From Candidatus Delongbacteria bacterium (GTDB lineage: Bacteria > CAIWAD01), in NCBI GenBank assembly GCA_963663545.1, contig OY760505.1, positions 960,001 through 1,024,000 on the forward strand: a stretch of DNA of 64,000 nt, read 5' to 3'. Below the pieces are notes generated by a model, which did not search any database, was not told the origin of the DNA, and was given only the letters and a program-made list of their open reading frames with translations. The translations under genes and the position numbers were made by a program. This document shows, in pieces, positions 1-9,972 of the stretch (its first letter is position 1; each line of letters begins with the position of its first letter).

Positions 1-1364
1 AGAGCCTGATTGAGTGGAGCGCCGACACGGATGACGTGGACGAGGATTCGGCGGATGAGAGTGTGTACGACGAAGTGCGCCGTGTTACAACTGGTCTCAG
101 CTTGCGTCATGTGACACAAAGTGGAACGGTGGATCACATTCGCTACACATTGAATCACATGCTGCGCGACGATGTGTATTCCACCTGGAACAATAGCCTT
201 AGCATGAGCAACAATTCCATTGAAGCCATTCATACGCTGGAAGTATCACGGGATGTATTACGCAAGCGCTGGGATTTGCGCATTGGTCTGGGTAGCGAGT
301 ATGAGGATGACGGTCATCATGTTGTGATTAATCCTTACATCGACGATCTAGGACAAGCGCAGCCGGGTAGTACAACGGATCACGATTTTGACGCGCACTC
401 CTACTGGAGCTACGGCGACGTCACGCTTCGTCCTTTCAGCGGTACCAGCTTGCGGGCCGGCCTGCGCGCTGACTACTTTGAGGCGATTGATGAGGTGGCT
501 CTACAGCCGCGTGCCGGACTGCGGCAAGACTTCAGCGACCGCTGGTCCTTCGATCTGACGATCGGCGTCTACGCCCAGAACCTGCCCGGCATCTGGCTCT
601 CGCAACAGGAAGAGCCTGAACGCATGGAAGCCATGCGCTGCCTGCAGTATCAGTGCGCACTGGAGTACCGTCCACAACCCTGGCTACTGTGTTCTGTTGA
701 GCCCTACTACCGTAAGTACTCCGATCTGCCCGTGAGCGGCCTGCATCCCGAGATTCCCGTTAACAACCTCATCGGCGGCAGCTTCGGCTTTCCAGAAACA
801 GGCCAGATGACGACGGGAGGTGAGGGACGCAGCTACGGCGTCGAGTTTCTTGTTCGACGTAAACTGGCAAAGGGCGTGTACGGCATGCTCAGTTACGCCT
901 GGTCCAAGGCTGAGTACCGCACGCCCAGCAGCGACTGGATCCTTGGCGCTTTTGATCGCCCGCACTCCTTCTCCCTCGTCGGCGGTTGGCTGATCAATAG
1001 CCGCTGGGAGCTCTCGGGTCGGTGGCGCTATTGCAGCGGCGCACCAACTACCCCCCTCGACGAAGAGGCGAGCATCGCCGAAGGCCACACGATTCGCGAT
1101 TATGCGCACTACTTGTCAGAGCGCCTGCCGATGTATCACCGTCTGGATTTGCGCGTGGATCACCGCATTCACGGCAAGCGTTGGGACTGGGTCGTTTACT
1201 TCGATATGCAAAACGTCTACAATCGCAGCAATGTGAATGGCTACTATTTCCGCCGCGAGGCGTTGGAAGGTATGGTGGACGGACAGCCGGTGTACAGCTA
1301 CAAACGCGAAGAGGTTCTGGGCTGGTCTATCATGCCGGTGGGTGGATTCAGTGTGGAATTCTAG
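1..1364 (+). CDS. TonB-dependent outer-membrane receptor, C-terminal part (5' end outside window)
   Basis: Frame is open from the window edge; amphipathic beta-strands, LRAGLRADY, QPRAGL, RLPMYHRLDLRVD and NVYNRSN motifs, terminal Phe (FSVEF). Confidence 0.85.
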   Translation, partial: SLIEWSADTDDVDEDSADESVYDEVRRVTTGLSLRHVTQSGTVDHIRYTLNHMLRDDVYSTWNNSLSMSNNSIEAIHTLEVSRDVLRKRWDLRIGLGSEYEDDGHHVVINPYIDDLGQAQPGSTTDHDFDAHSYWSYGDVTLRPFSGTSLRAGLRADYFEAIDEVALQPRAGLRQDFSDRWSFDLTIGVYAQNLPGIWLSQQEEPERMEAMRCLQYQCALEYRPQPWLLCSVEPYYRKYSDLPVSGLHPEIPVNNLIGGSFGFPETGQMTTGGEGRSYGVEFLVRRKLAKGVYGMLSYAWSKAEYRTPSSDWILGAFDRPHSFSLVGGWLINSRWELSGRWRYCSGAPTTPLDEEASIAEGHTIRDYAHYLSERLPMYHRLDLRVDHRIHGKRWDWVVYFDMQNVYNRSNVNGYYFRREALEGMVDGQPVYSYKREEVLGWSIMPVGGFSVEF

Positions 1365-1419
1365 CGATATCGCATGCAACAGATTTGTATCACGGGGGAG
1401 GCTGCGGCCTCCTCCTGGT

Positions 1420-1854
1420 TTACTCGAAGTTTCCCCGTCGCCAGCTATTGAGCAGTGTGGCCAGATCCTGTGCTTTCATTCCATAGGTATCCGGCAGGCG
1501 TAACACAGGCACCTTCCCGTCCCTGTCTTTCAGTCCGGCCGGTATGAACTCCACCAGCCCTTCGCGTCCCTTGCGTCTGGCTGAGAACTCCTGAACCTGA
1601 TCCCAGCTCCAGAATGTATCACGATGCATGAATCGTACGTGAAAGCCCTTCTCCGTGATACGCAGGTGATACAGCGCTGGCAATAGTCGTAGCCCCGTGA
1701 AAAAGAGTACGATGAGCATGAAAGCCAGGCCCAGGCCGCCGATCCAGTGCTGACCACTATCCAGCAGCATGCAAAAGAAGGTGATACCCAGGCCTGCCAG
1801 AATCAGGTTCAGTACTTGCCTGAAGGGGGCTGGATGTAGGATCAGCTCTTTCAT
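1420..1854 (-). CDS. Small membrane protein, two TM helices plus bacterial PH-like domain
   Basis: GGAGA RBS before ATG at 1854; two hydrophobic segments then LRITEKGF...WDQVQEF. Confidence 0.65.
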   Translation of the reverse strand: MKELILHPAPFRQVLNLILAGLGITFFCMLLDSGQHWIGGLGLAFMLIVLFFTGLRLLPALYHLRITEKGFHVRFMHRDTFWSWDQVQEFSARRKGREGLVEFIPAGLKDRDGKVPVLRLPDTYGMKAQDLATLLNSWRRGNFE

Positions 1855-1971
1855 TCGGTCTCCAGAAAAAGCGGGACACGGGTGCACCAGTGGTAGCCAA
1901 TGCATAACATCAGCTCAGCGCAGCAGTCGACAGATGCGACTGCTTCCCCTCAGAACCCGTGTCCCCCTTGA

Positions 1972-2316
1972 TTATTCGTAATCGCTTGTTACCAGGCAGA
2001 TGAACTGCAACGCTTCATCGCCTGTATTACGAAACTGATGACGCTCATTGGGCAGAATCAGCAGGTAGTCGCCTTTGCTGATCTTTCGCGGTCCCTCGTC
2101 GCTCATCATCGTGCCCTCGCCTTCAAGAATGTAATTCACATGCTCAAAGGGATGTGCGTGATGCGGCGTGTAACCACCCGGTTGCAAGGTGAATACACGA
2201 AGCGAAAAATTGGGCGCGCCGTCGGCCTTGCCGATAAGCAATTGACGAACAGCATCCTGAACACCATCCATCTGCACCGGGAGTGCAGGTACCTGATTCA
2301 ATTTTCGAATAATCAT
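1972..2316 (-). CDS. Cupin domain protein
   Basis: PGGYTPHHAHPFEH and PNERHQFRN cupin motifs; GAGG RBS before ATG at 2316. Confidence 0.9.
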   Translation of the reverse strand: MIIRKLNQVPALPVQMDGVQDAVRQLLIGKADGAPNFSLRVFTLQPGGYTPHHAHPFEHVNYILEGEGTMMSDEGPRKISKGDYLLILPNERHQFRNTGDEALQFICLVTSDYE

Positions 2317-2407
2317 GGTTTTACCTCTTAAAACTGCCACAATTGTTCAATACAAAATTTGGACAAAAGCCCGTTGGCGAGCTATTTTATAGCAAACGGG
2401 AGAGTCA

Positions 2408-3451
2408 ATGTACTATCGTGAACTAGACCAAGTACTGAAGACCATTCGACGTCTACCTGTATCGCCGGTCTTTGGAGAGCTTCTGCTTGCGCTGGACGGT
2501 AACGATCACGCACAACTTCGCATTGGCCACAAACTCATTCGCAAAGACCCGCTGCTAGCCATGCACCTCCTACGGACCGCGAATCTTGCCGGACTACCAC
2601 ATGATCAGCGCTGTGTTACAATTTCCAGTGCCACACATTACCTGGGCAGTAGTCTAGCCATGGGAGCCGTACAGCAGGCCTGCCGTACTTGTCAGAACGA
2701 CAAACTGACGGTGGACTGGCTGGAGGAAGAGAACCGACTGCGCGAGCACGCCGTCTGCGTAGCCATTGCCTCACAGGTGTTCGCACGGCATCGCATGCCT
2801 GGTGTTCCCCGCGAGCTGGCATACACGGCCGGTTTGCTGCATGACTGCGGCAAACTAATGGTATTGTACAATCAGGTACGTCGCATGCCGGGACAACCTG
2901 TTGTTGAACCCAAGCTGCAAATCGACCGTGAGCACGAAGAGGAGCGTTGCGGTTTTGATCACAGCATGGCAGGAGCGTGGTTGTGCGCAGAGTGGGCGCT
3001 CCCCTCCATGATTCAGCAAGCCTGTTTGTATCACCATATTCCCGACCGCGCTGCCACTCCATACCAGCCTATCGTTCGCTGCATCTATTTCGGCAACCTG
3101 CTGGCGCATTTGTGCGGCACAAGTTCGGTTAGCGGTGCAAAGGCAGCAGCACATTTGAACGACCACGAGCGCGGCCGCTTGGAGGATATGGTGGAAGAAG
3201 TGCACCTTCTCTTTGGCGAATGCACAAAGCAGACCAAGGAACTGATGAAATACGATCCGCCGTTTTTAGTTGAGATGGCCACAGAGTTTGCAGAATCAGA
3301 CTCAGCTTGTGATACAGATCTGGATCAGCAGGAGATTGATGCAAGAGCGAACCCGTATGCGGATCTAGCTGCAAGGAGATCCCTTTTCGACAATGAAGAG
3401 TTGCCGAAAACTGATAGTTCTCAAGAGGACGATGACACTGCCAGCGAGTAG
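2408..3451 (+). CDS. HDOD domain signal transduction protein with acidic tail
   Basis: DPLLAMHLLRTAN, AYTAGLLHDCGKL, GFDHSMAG..L...W.LP, YHH motifs. Confidence 0.9.
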   Translation: MYYRELDQVLKTIRRLPVSPVFGELLLALDGNDHAQLRIGHKLIRKDPLLAMHLLRTANLAGLPHDQRCVTISSATHYLGSSLAMGAVQQACRTCQNDKLTVDWLEEENRLREHAVCVAIASQVFARHRMPGVPRELAYTAGLLHDCGKLMVLYNQVRRMPGQPVVEPKLQIDREHEEERCGFDHSMAGAWLCAEWALPSMIQQACLYHHIPDRAATPYQPIVRCIYFGNLLAHLCGTSSVSGAKAAAHLNDHERGRLEDMVEEVHLLFGECTKQTKELMKYDPPFLVEMATEFAESDSACDTDLDQQEIDARANPYADLAARRSLFDNEELPKTDSSQEDDDTASE

Positions 3452-3903
3452 AGAAGCCGAAATCCGCGCGCCAGGTAGTTGTCCAGAGCTGCGGGGTGAT
3501 CCTGATCGCATGTGTGCAGCCAGATACGAGTTGCACCCTCCTCGACAAGCCGCTTCAATACACGATGCAACCAGAGTTTACCCAAGCCCTGACCTGTATG
3601 TGATTCCAGAATTCCGAAGTAAACGATCTCGCAAGCTGCTCCGACAAAGCGCACCTCCGCATAGCCGGTAAGTGTATCCATGTGATACGCGCGATAAGTG
3701 CGCACACCTGGCTCCTGAAGCCATTGGGTCCACTGTTCCTGTGACCATTCAGCACGATCGATCCAGGACCAGCGCTCTCCAATCTGGTGATACATTCCGG
3801 CATTGAACTGCGGATCTGCAGGGTGCTCGACCAGGCTGAGGTTGCTAGGGTCGCTTGTAAGGATTTCACCCTCACCGGGAGTCCACACCAGGTAGTGTAT
3901 CAC
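3421..3903 (-). CDS. GNAT family N-acetyltransferase
   Basis: EIVYFGI..HTGQGLGK and RIWLHTC.QDHPAALDNYLARGF; GTG start overlaps the upstream TGA. Confidence 0.85.
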   Translation of the reverse strand: MIHYLVWTPGEGEILTSDPSNLSLVEHPADPQFNAGMYHQIGERWSWIDRAEWSQEQWTQWLQEPGVRTYRAYHMDTLTGYAEVRFVGAACEIVYFGILESHTGQGLGKLWLHRVLKRLVEEGATRIWLHTCDQDHPAALDNYLARGFRLLYSLAVSSSS

Positions 3904-4751
3904 AAGGCACCTTGTCTCAGCCAGTCGCTGACCGCCTGCGAAAAACCGCTTCCGCAAGCTCCCACTGTTTGGAACCGCTGCCGCAACTCAGTTGGCGCAT
4001 TGCCAACGACATAGGCCTGATCAGCCCACTGTAACAGATCGAGGTCGTTGTAGTCGTTGCCGATGGCCATCAGAGGAAGCTCATTCGATTTTAGTCCCAA
4101 CTCATCAAGAACTTCGCGGCAACCTGCATCCTTGGACACACCATTTGCGAAGACTTCGATCCACAGACTGTCGTGATCCAGCGGACTTGTGGCGCGTATC
4201 ACCTTCAAGTGCATCAGATTATTGCGGACTTCGTGATACAGATCTACTCCGCGATTGGTAATAGCCAGGAGTTGGGTGGCAGATAGCGGTTCCTCTGCTC
4301 GATTGATGGGACGCGCCGTTCGCTGATAGAAGGAAAGGCGACGCAGGAAATCGGTGTTGGCCTGCGGGCGCTGATGAAAACGCAGGTGATGATTGTCCGG
4401 AATTGGATCGTGGATGAAATAATCCAGATCCAAGTGATCCATCACCCTGGTAGCTTCTTCAACCTCTGTTAACGACAGCAGGCGACTATTCATCAGACTC
4501 TGCATGCGCCAGCTCCATGTGCCCGCGCCGGAAGAAAACACCAGATAGTCGATGGGGAACTGATCGTCCATGACGTTGTGGGCCGTGCGCAAATTTCGTC
4601 CTGTGGCTGCGATACGTAAATAGCCCGCGTCGCCCAATTGTCTGAGTGTATCCCGATCCTGCTTGCTGATCTCCCCTTGCTGGTTAAGGATAGTTCCATC
4701 CAGATCCGTGATGACGATGCCCCGGTACTGCGAGCTGCAAGGCTGTGTCAC
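3900..4751 (-). CDS. Cof-type HAD-IIB family hydrolase
   Basis: TDLDGT motif I, ATGR motif II, SK and GNDYNDLDLL motifs. Confidence 0.9.
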   Translation of the reverse strand: MTQPCSSQYRGIVITDLDGTILNQQGEISKQDRDTLRQLGDAGYLRIAATGRNLRTAHNVMDDQFPIDYLVFSSGAGTWSWRMQSLMNSRLLSLTEVEEATRVMDHLDLDYFIHDPIPDNHHLRFHQRPQANTDFLRRLSFYQRTARPINRAEEPLSATQLLAITNRGVDLYHEVRNNLMHLKVIRATSPLDHDSLWIEVFANGVSKDAGCREVLDELGLKSNELPLMAIGNDYNDLDLLQWADQAYVVGNAPTELRQRFQTVGACGSGFSQAVSDWLRQGAL

Positions 4752-5638
4752 GCGCGCTCCTCCAACAGCTCGTAACTGGCCACGGGACTTGAGCAGCGCA
4801 ACATGTCCAGAATGCGTTCAAGTAGAATGCCCTGACGCGGGTCGTGAGAAAAGCCGAAGGTAGCGCGTACTCCCTGGTTGATGAACTGCACGGCCCGATC
4901 CAGCGCAATGGGCAAGCTGTCACCACTTAGCAGACTGCCCATGACAACCGAGGCGAATGTATCACCGGTGCCCGGGTATTCACCGGGAAGAATCTCGCAG
5001 CGCGTCTGCCACAGGCGACCACTGTTACGGTTCCAAGCCAACACACGCGAGGTGCGCGGATCATCCTGGGGCACGCTGGTCAAAATGACGACGCCGGGTC
5101 CCATATCACCAAGACGGAACAGCATCTCCTTGATCTGTTGCAAGCTGTAATCGGCGCGGTACTCCTGCTCCAGCAGCAGACAGGCCTCGGTCAGATTTGG
5201 TGTGATGATATCCGCGTCACACACCAGTCGCTGCATGCCGGCAATAATCTCTGCAGGCAAAATGGAATAGAGCTCGCCCTCGTCCCCCATGACAGGATCA
5301 ACGAGTACCAGCTGACCTTCCTTGCGAAAGTCTGCAATCAATCGCCGTACTACATCTACCTGACGCGGCGATCCAAGAAAACCGGTGTAGATACCCTCGA
5401 ATTCCATTCCAAGCCGCTTCCAGTGGTCGATCATTGGATCGAGATGCTCCGTCAGATCGACCATGTAGGGTGCGGCATACTGGCCGCCACTGGAAAGGAC
5501 TGCGGAAGGCAGCGGGCACACTTGAATGCCCATCGCCGACAGAATGGGAATCACGACCGTAAGGGCCACGCGGCCCACTCCTGAGAGATCGTGCACTGCG
5601 GCCACACGCGGCACGGGCAGACTTTTCATGGGAGTCAT
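4748..5638 (-). CDS. pdxK: Pyridoxal/pyridoxamine kinase
   Basis: HDLSGVGRVAL, YTGFLGS, VDPVMGD, ITPNLTEA, GTGDTFAS; ATG at 5638 overlaps the lgt stop. Confidence 0.88.
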   Translation of the reverse strand: MTPMKSLPVPRVAAVHDLSGVGRVALTVVIPILSAMGIQVCPLPSAVLSSGGQYAAPYMVDLTEHLDPMIDHWKRLGMEFEGIYTGFLGSPRQVDVVRRLIADFRKEGQLVLVDPVMGDEGELYSILPAEIIAGMQRLVCDADIITPNLTEACLLLEQEYRADYSLQQIKEMLFRLGDMGPGVVILTSVPQDDPRTSRVLAWNRNSGRLWQTRCEILPGEYPGTGDTFASVVMGSLLSGDSLPIALDRAVQFINQGVRATFGFSHDPRQGILLERILDMLRCSSPVASYELLEERA

Positions 5639-6420
5639 GTGAGCTCCTTTGCTCTCGCGTTCCGCCGCAACCACCATAGCAGCAGAAGACCGGTCAGAAC
5701 CGGCAGCAGGCTCAACCACTGCCCGGCACTGAATGGGGGCAGCGACCAGCTAGCCAGTGATTCCTTGAAATACTCCAGAACAAATCGCAGGGAGAACACC
5801 AAAACGAGCAGCCAGGCCACAACACTGCCTTGCCGCCGTGTCTCACGGTGATACAAATGCCACAAAAAAAGCGCCAGCAACACATATCCCAGGGCTTCGT
5901 AGAGCATTACGGGATGTCGCGCTACGTGATCCACACGCTCAAAGACGATGCCCCAAGGCAGTGTCGTAGGCGTTCCCAGGATCTCGCTGTTAAGGAAGTT
6001 GGCGAAGCGAATCATGGCTGCACCGGGCATCACAACTGCCGCAACCATATCCAGCAAGGTCAACAGGGGAATCTTCTTCCGGCGGGAAAACAGAAGCACC
6101 ACCAGCGATAATCCGAGCAAAGCTCCGTGACTCGCCAACCCGCCGTTGTTCACCAACAGAATGCGAAGCGGCTGCTCCAGGTAATACATGGGGTCATAGA
6201 CCAGACAGTGCAGCAGCCGGGCACCGCCAACACCACCAAGGATCGCATAGACCACCAAATCTGCAGCCCACTCTGTCGGGTATCCGCGGCGCCGCATCAG
6301 CACGCGCATCAGCAACCAACCAGTGAGAAAGGCCAGCATGAAACACACACCGTACCAGCGTATCTCGAGCGAACCAAGGTGCAGGATCACGGGCTCGAAG
6401 GACCAGACCATTTGATTCAT
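5635..6420 (-). CDS. lgt: Prolipoprotein diacylglyceryl transferase
   Basis: IRWYG, GARL, GGLASHG, IRFANFLNSEILG, RHPVMLYE. Confidence 0.95.
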   Translation of the reverse strand: MNQMVWSFEPVILHLGSLEIRWYGVCFMLAFLTGWLLMRVLMRRRGYPTEWAADLVVYAILGGVGGARLLHCLVYDPMYYLEQPLRILLVNNGGLASHGALLGLSLVVLLFSRRKKIPLLTLLDMVAAVVMPGAAMIRFANFLNSEILGTPTTLPWGIVFERVDHVARHPVMLYEALGYVLLALFLWHLYHRETRRQGSVVAWLLVLVFSLRFVLEYFKESLASWSLPPFSAGQWLSLLPVLTGLLLLWWLRRNARAKELT

Positions 6421-6481
6421 ACCTCTTGAACGAACGACGGCCGGATTTCCCCGGCCGCCGATATCGATCTGTCCACGCGTG

Positions 6482-7666
6482 TTACAGGCAGCTCTTCAGC
6501 ACTCCTGCCAAACGCTCGACGGCCATGCGAATCGTCTCTTCATTGCTCATGGTGAAGTTCAGACGCATGGTCTCAATGCCCTGGGACCTGTCGGTGAAGA
6601 AGTACTTGCCCGGAACAAAGGCCACCTTGTTCTCGATCGCCTTCCAGTAGACGGGGTCGAGGTCCATGCCCTTCGGACCGGCAGCCCAGAAGAACATGCC
6701 GCCCTCAGGACGCGTCCAGGTGAATTCCTGCGGGAAGAAATCGTCGAGCGATGTCAGCATGGCTTCCATGCGCGGACGGTAGAGCTCGATGATCTTGGGC
6801 AGGTGATCCTTCAGATAACCGCCAGCGAGGAATTCGGCTGCCAATGCCTGACTAAAGGAACTGGTGTGCAGGTCGATGCCCTGCTTCGCCAGCACAACCC
6901 ACTTGCGAATCGGCTCTGGTGCAATGCCGAAGCCGACGCGCAGACCGGGCGCAAAGACCTTGGACAGAGTGCCCAGGTAGATCACATGCTCCGGTGCCAG
7001 GGCTTTGATGGGCGGAACAGGATCGCCCTTGAAACGCAGTGCGCTATAGGGATCGTCCTCGATCACAAGCACGTTGTACTGCTGAATGATGCGGGCGATT
7101 TCCTTGCGACGCTCCAGCGAGAGGGTGCGACCCGTTGGATTCTGGAAAGTGGGAATGATGTAGACGAATTTCAGCTTGTGCTGCTTCAGCATCTCTTCGA
7201 GAGCGGAAGGTATCACGCCGTCATCATCGGTGGGCAGTGCGAGGTACTGCGGTTCGTAGGGGTTGAAAGCCGTAATCGCGCCCACGTAGGTAGGAGCTTC
7301 AACAGCAATCTTGTCGCCCTTGGTGATCAGTACCTTGCCCAGCGCATCCAGCATGCTCTGACTACCGCTGGTGACGACGACTTCCTCGGTGTTGGTGTGG
7401 ATGTTCTGCTGTCTCACATACTCCACAAGCTGCTCGCGCAGCGGCTGAAAGCCCTCGGTGACATCGTACTGTAGCGCGCGCGCGCCGTACTTCTCAAAAA
7501 TTTGTGCGGCCAGGTCACGAATGATCGGCAGCGGGAAAGACTGGGGTGCAGGAATGCCGCCAGCCAAAGACACCATGCCGGGCTGTGAGACGACCTTGAG
7601 GATCTCACGTATGGCACTGGCGCTCATGTTCCTGGTTCGATCAGCGAGAAGGTGATCAAAGCTCAT
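6482..7666 (-). CDS. PLP-dependent aminotransferase class I/II (LysN/ARO8-like)
   Basis: SAIREILK, SLAGGIP, PTFQNPTG, IEDDPY, SKVFAPGLRVG; GGAG RBS before ATG at 7666. Confidence 0.92.
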   Translation of the reverse strand: MSFDHLLADRTRNMSASAIREILKVVSQPGMVSLAGGIPAPQSFPLPIIRDLAAQIFEKYGARALQYDVTEGFQPLREQLVEYVRQQNIHTNTEEVVVTSGSQSMLDALGKVLITKGDKIAVEAPTYVGAITAFNPYEPQYLALPTDDDGVIPSALEEMLKQHKLKFVYIIPTFQNPTGRTLSLERRKEIARIIQQYNVLVIEDDPYSALRFKGDPVPPIKALAPEHVIYLGTLSKVFAPGLRVGFGIAPEPIRKWVVLAKQGIDLHTSSFSQALAAEFLAGGYLKDHLPKIIELYRPRMEAMLTSLDDFFPQEFTWTRPEGGMFFWAAGPKGMDLDPVYWKAIENKVAFVPGKYFFTDRSQGIETMRLNFTMSNEETIRMAVERLAGVLKSCL

Positions 7667-7802
7667 CTCGTATCTCCAATTGGATGCTCCATGCGCTGCG
7701 GGAGCGCACATCGTTCCGCGGTTTCGTTCAAGCTACCATTCAGCGCGTCACAGCCAAAGAAAAACCTTTGGTTTCCAGCTTTGCTACGCTGCGGTGCATG
7801 TA

Positions 7803-9497
7803 TCACGCCTTCTTCTGTTCCTTGGCCCAACTGTCGCGCAGTCCCACCGTGCGGTTGAATACCGGCGTGCCGGGTTTGGAATCGTGGCGATCCGCGCAGA
7901 AATAGCCCATTCGCTCGAACTGAAAGCGCTCCTCGGCTTCAGCCTTTGCCAGAGCGGGTTCCAGATAGCATTCCTTCAGCACACGCAGACTATCGGGATT
8001 GATCGCTGCCGCCAGGTCATCCATCGAAATTGCACCGGGATCTTCCTGCAGAAAGAGTTGATCGTAAACGCGCACTTCGGCCCGGACAGCGGTTTCCGCC
8101 GCAACCCAGTGAATTGTGCCCTTTACTTTGCGGCCATCCGGTGCATCACCTCCGCGCGTGGCGGGATCGTAGGTGCAGCGCAACTCGACGATCTTGCCCG
8201 TAGCATCCTTGATCACATCCTGACAGGTGATGAAGTAGGCGTAGCGCAGGCGCACCTCGCGTCCAGGAGCCAAACGGAAGAACTTCTTCGGCGGCTCCTC
8301 CATGAAATCATCTGCCTCAATCCAGAGCTCGCGACCAAAGGGCACCATGCGGCTACCAGCGGCGGGGTCTTCAGGATTGTTGATGGCTTCGAGCTCCTCC
8401 ACCTGACCCTCTGGGTAGTTGGTGAGGATCACTTTAAGCGGATTGAGCACGGCCATGCGGCGCTGGGCGCGGCGGTTCAGATCCTCGCGCAGGCAGTGCT
8501 CCAGCAGTGCATAATCCACAACGGAATCTCGTTTGGCTACACCGATGCGGCTGCAGAAGTCGCGAATGGCCTCGGGCGTGAAACCACGGCGACGTAAGCC
8601 ACAGACCGTCGGCATGCGCGGATCATCCCAGCCGGCGACATGATTCTCCTCAACCAGCAATCGCAGCTTGCGCTTGCTCATGACGGTATTGGTCAGATTA
8701 AGACGCGCGAATTCGATCTGCTGTGGATGGCAGGGCGTCTCCAGCTCGTCCAGAACCCAGTCGTAGAGCGGGCGATGATCCTCAAACTCCAGCGTGCAAA
8801 TGGAGTGCGTGATACTCTCCAGCATATCGGACAAGCAATGTGTGAAATCGTACATCGGATAAATGCACCATGTATCACCGCTGCGATGATGCGTTGCATG
8901 CAAAATGCGGTAGATCACCGGATCACGCATGGTCAGATTGGGCGAAGCCATGTCGATTTTCGCGCGCAGAGTGCGGCTGCCGTCGGGGAACTCACCAGCT
9001 CGCATACGGCGAAACAGATCAAGGCTCTCCTCGGCACTGCGCTCGCGATAAGGGCTGTCCTGGCCGGGCTCGGTCAAGGTGCCGCGGTACTGGCGAATCT
9101 GCTCACCTGTGAGATCGCAGACGTAGGCTTTGCCACGGCGGATGAGCTCCTCCGCGTAGTCGTAGAGCTTTTCGAAGTAGTCGGAGGCGTAATACTCGCG
9201 GCCCTCCCAATCGAAGCCCAGCCAATGGACGTCGTCACGGATGGAATCGACGTACTCCACGTCTTCCTTGGTCGGATTGGTGTCATCGAAGCGCAGATTG
9301 CATTGGCCGCCCTGGTTCTCGTTGGCAATGCCGAAATTCAGACAGATGGATTTGGCGTGGCCGATGTGGAGATAGCCGTTGGGCTCGGGCGGAAAGCGCG
9401 TATGCACCGTGTTGTGCTTGCCTGACTCCAGGTCACGCGCGATGAGGGCGCGAATGAAATCGCTGTTGCTGCGGTTCTCGTTGACACTCATGTCCAT
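7803..9497 (-). CDS. glnS: Glutamine--tRNA ligase
   Basis: [16 protein letters not shown] (HIGH), [15 protein letters not shown]. Confidence 0.97.
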   Translation of the reverse strand: MDMSVNENRSNSDFIRALIARDLESGKHNTVHTRFPPEPNGYLHIGHAKSICLNFGIANENQGGQCNLRFDDTNPTKEDVEYVDSIRDDVHWLGFDWEGREYYASDYFEKLYDYAEELIRRGKAYVCDLTGEQIRQYRGTLTEPGQDSPYRERSAEESLDLFRRMRAGEFPDGSRTLRAKIDMASPNLTMRDPVIYRILHATHHRSGDTWCIYPMYDFTHCLSDMLESITHSICTLEFEDHRPLYDWVLDELETPCHPQQIEFARLNLTNTVMSKRKLRLLVEENHVAGWDDPRMPTVCGLRRRGFTPEAIRDFCSRIGVAKRDSVVDYALLEHCLREDLNRRAQRRMAVLNPLKVILTNYPEGQVEELEAINNPEDPAAGSRMVPFGRELWIEADDFMEEPPKKFFRLAPGREVRLRYAYFITCQDVIKDATGKIVELRCTYDPATRGGDAPDGRKVKGTIHWVAAETAVRAEVRVYDQLFLQEDPGAISMDDLAAAINPDSLRVLKECYLEPALAKAEAEERFQFERMGYFCADRHDSKPGTPVFNRTVGLRDSWAKEQKKA

Positions 9498-9649
9498 GGT
9501 CCTTGTGTTAGACTTCCCCTTGGCGGGAAGAAGCCGTTAAGGTAACAATCCAGCTTGCATTGCGCCCGACCAGGCAGCTATACAAGCGGTTTTCCGACCC
9601 TTTTCGCGTCTTCTGTTTGCTATTCTGTGTTACCAGAAATGGAGGCACT

Positions 9650-9811
9650 ATGTGCAAACCTGAATCCCCCTGCGTGGGAGTCTGCACTCTGGATCCTGCG
9701 ACAGGGCAATGCATGGGCTGTCACCGGACAGCTCAGGAAATTGAAGACTGGTATTTGATGAGTGCAGAAGAGAAACGTGCGGTGTTGGAGGAGCTGAAGA
9801 AGAGGGCGTAG
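9650..9811 (+). CDS. DUF1289-like small Cys-rich protein
   Basis: SPCVGVC...CMGCHRT..EI..W; GGAGG RBS before ATG at 9650. Confidence 0.85.
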   Translation: MCKPESPCVGVCTLDPATGQCMGCHRTAQEIEDWYLMSAEEKRAVLEELKKRA

Positions 9812-9972
9812 GGTCTGGCACGTGTCTGACCCCCGTCTGGCACCGAGATTCCGAAACCGTCTACTTCAGCCGACTCTGGCGCGGTTTTGCCCCAGGTGTC
9901 AACAGTGTAGGACATGCGGCACCAATGAATGCACATTGAGTTCCGTGTTATGCACCTCGTGTCACCACGGGC

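Noticed and set aside
9812..9972. TGGCAC/TGGCGC sigma54-like words after the DUF1289 gene
   Set aside because: GG to GC spacing is not 10 and the region lies between convergent genes
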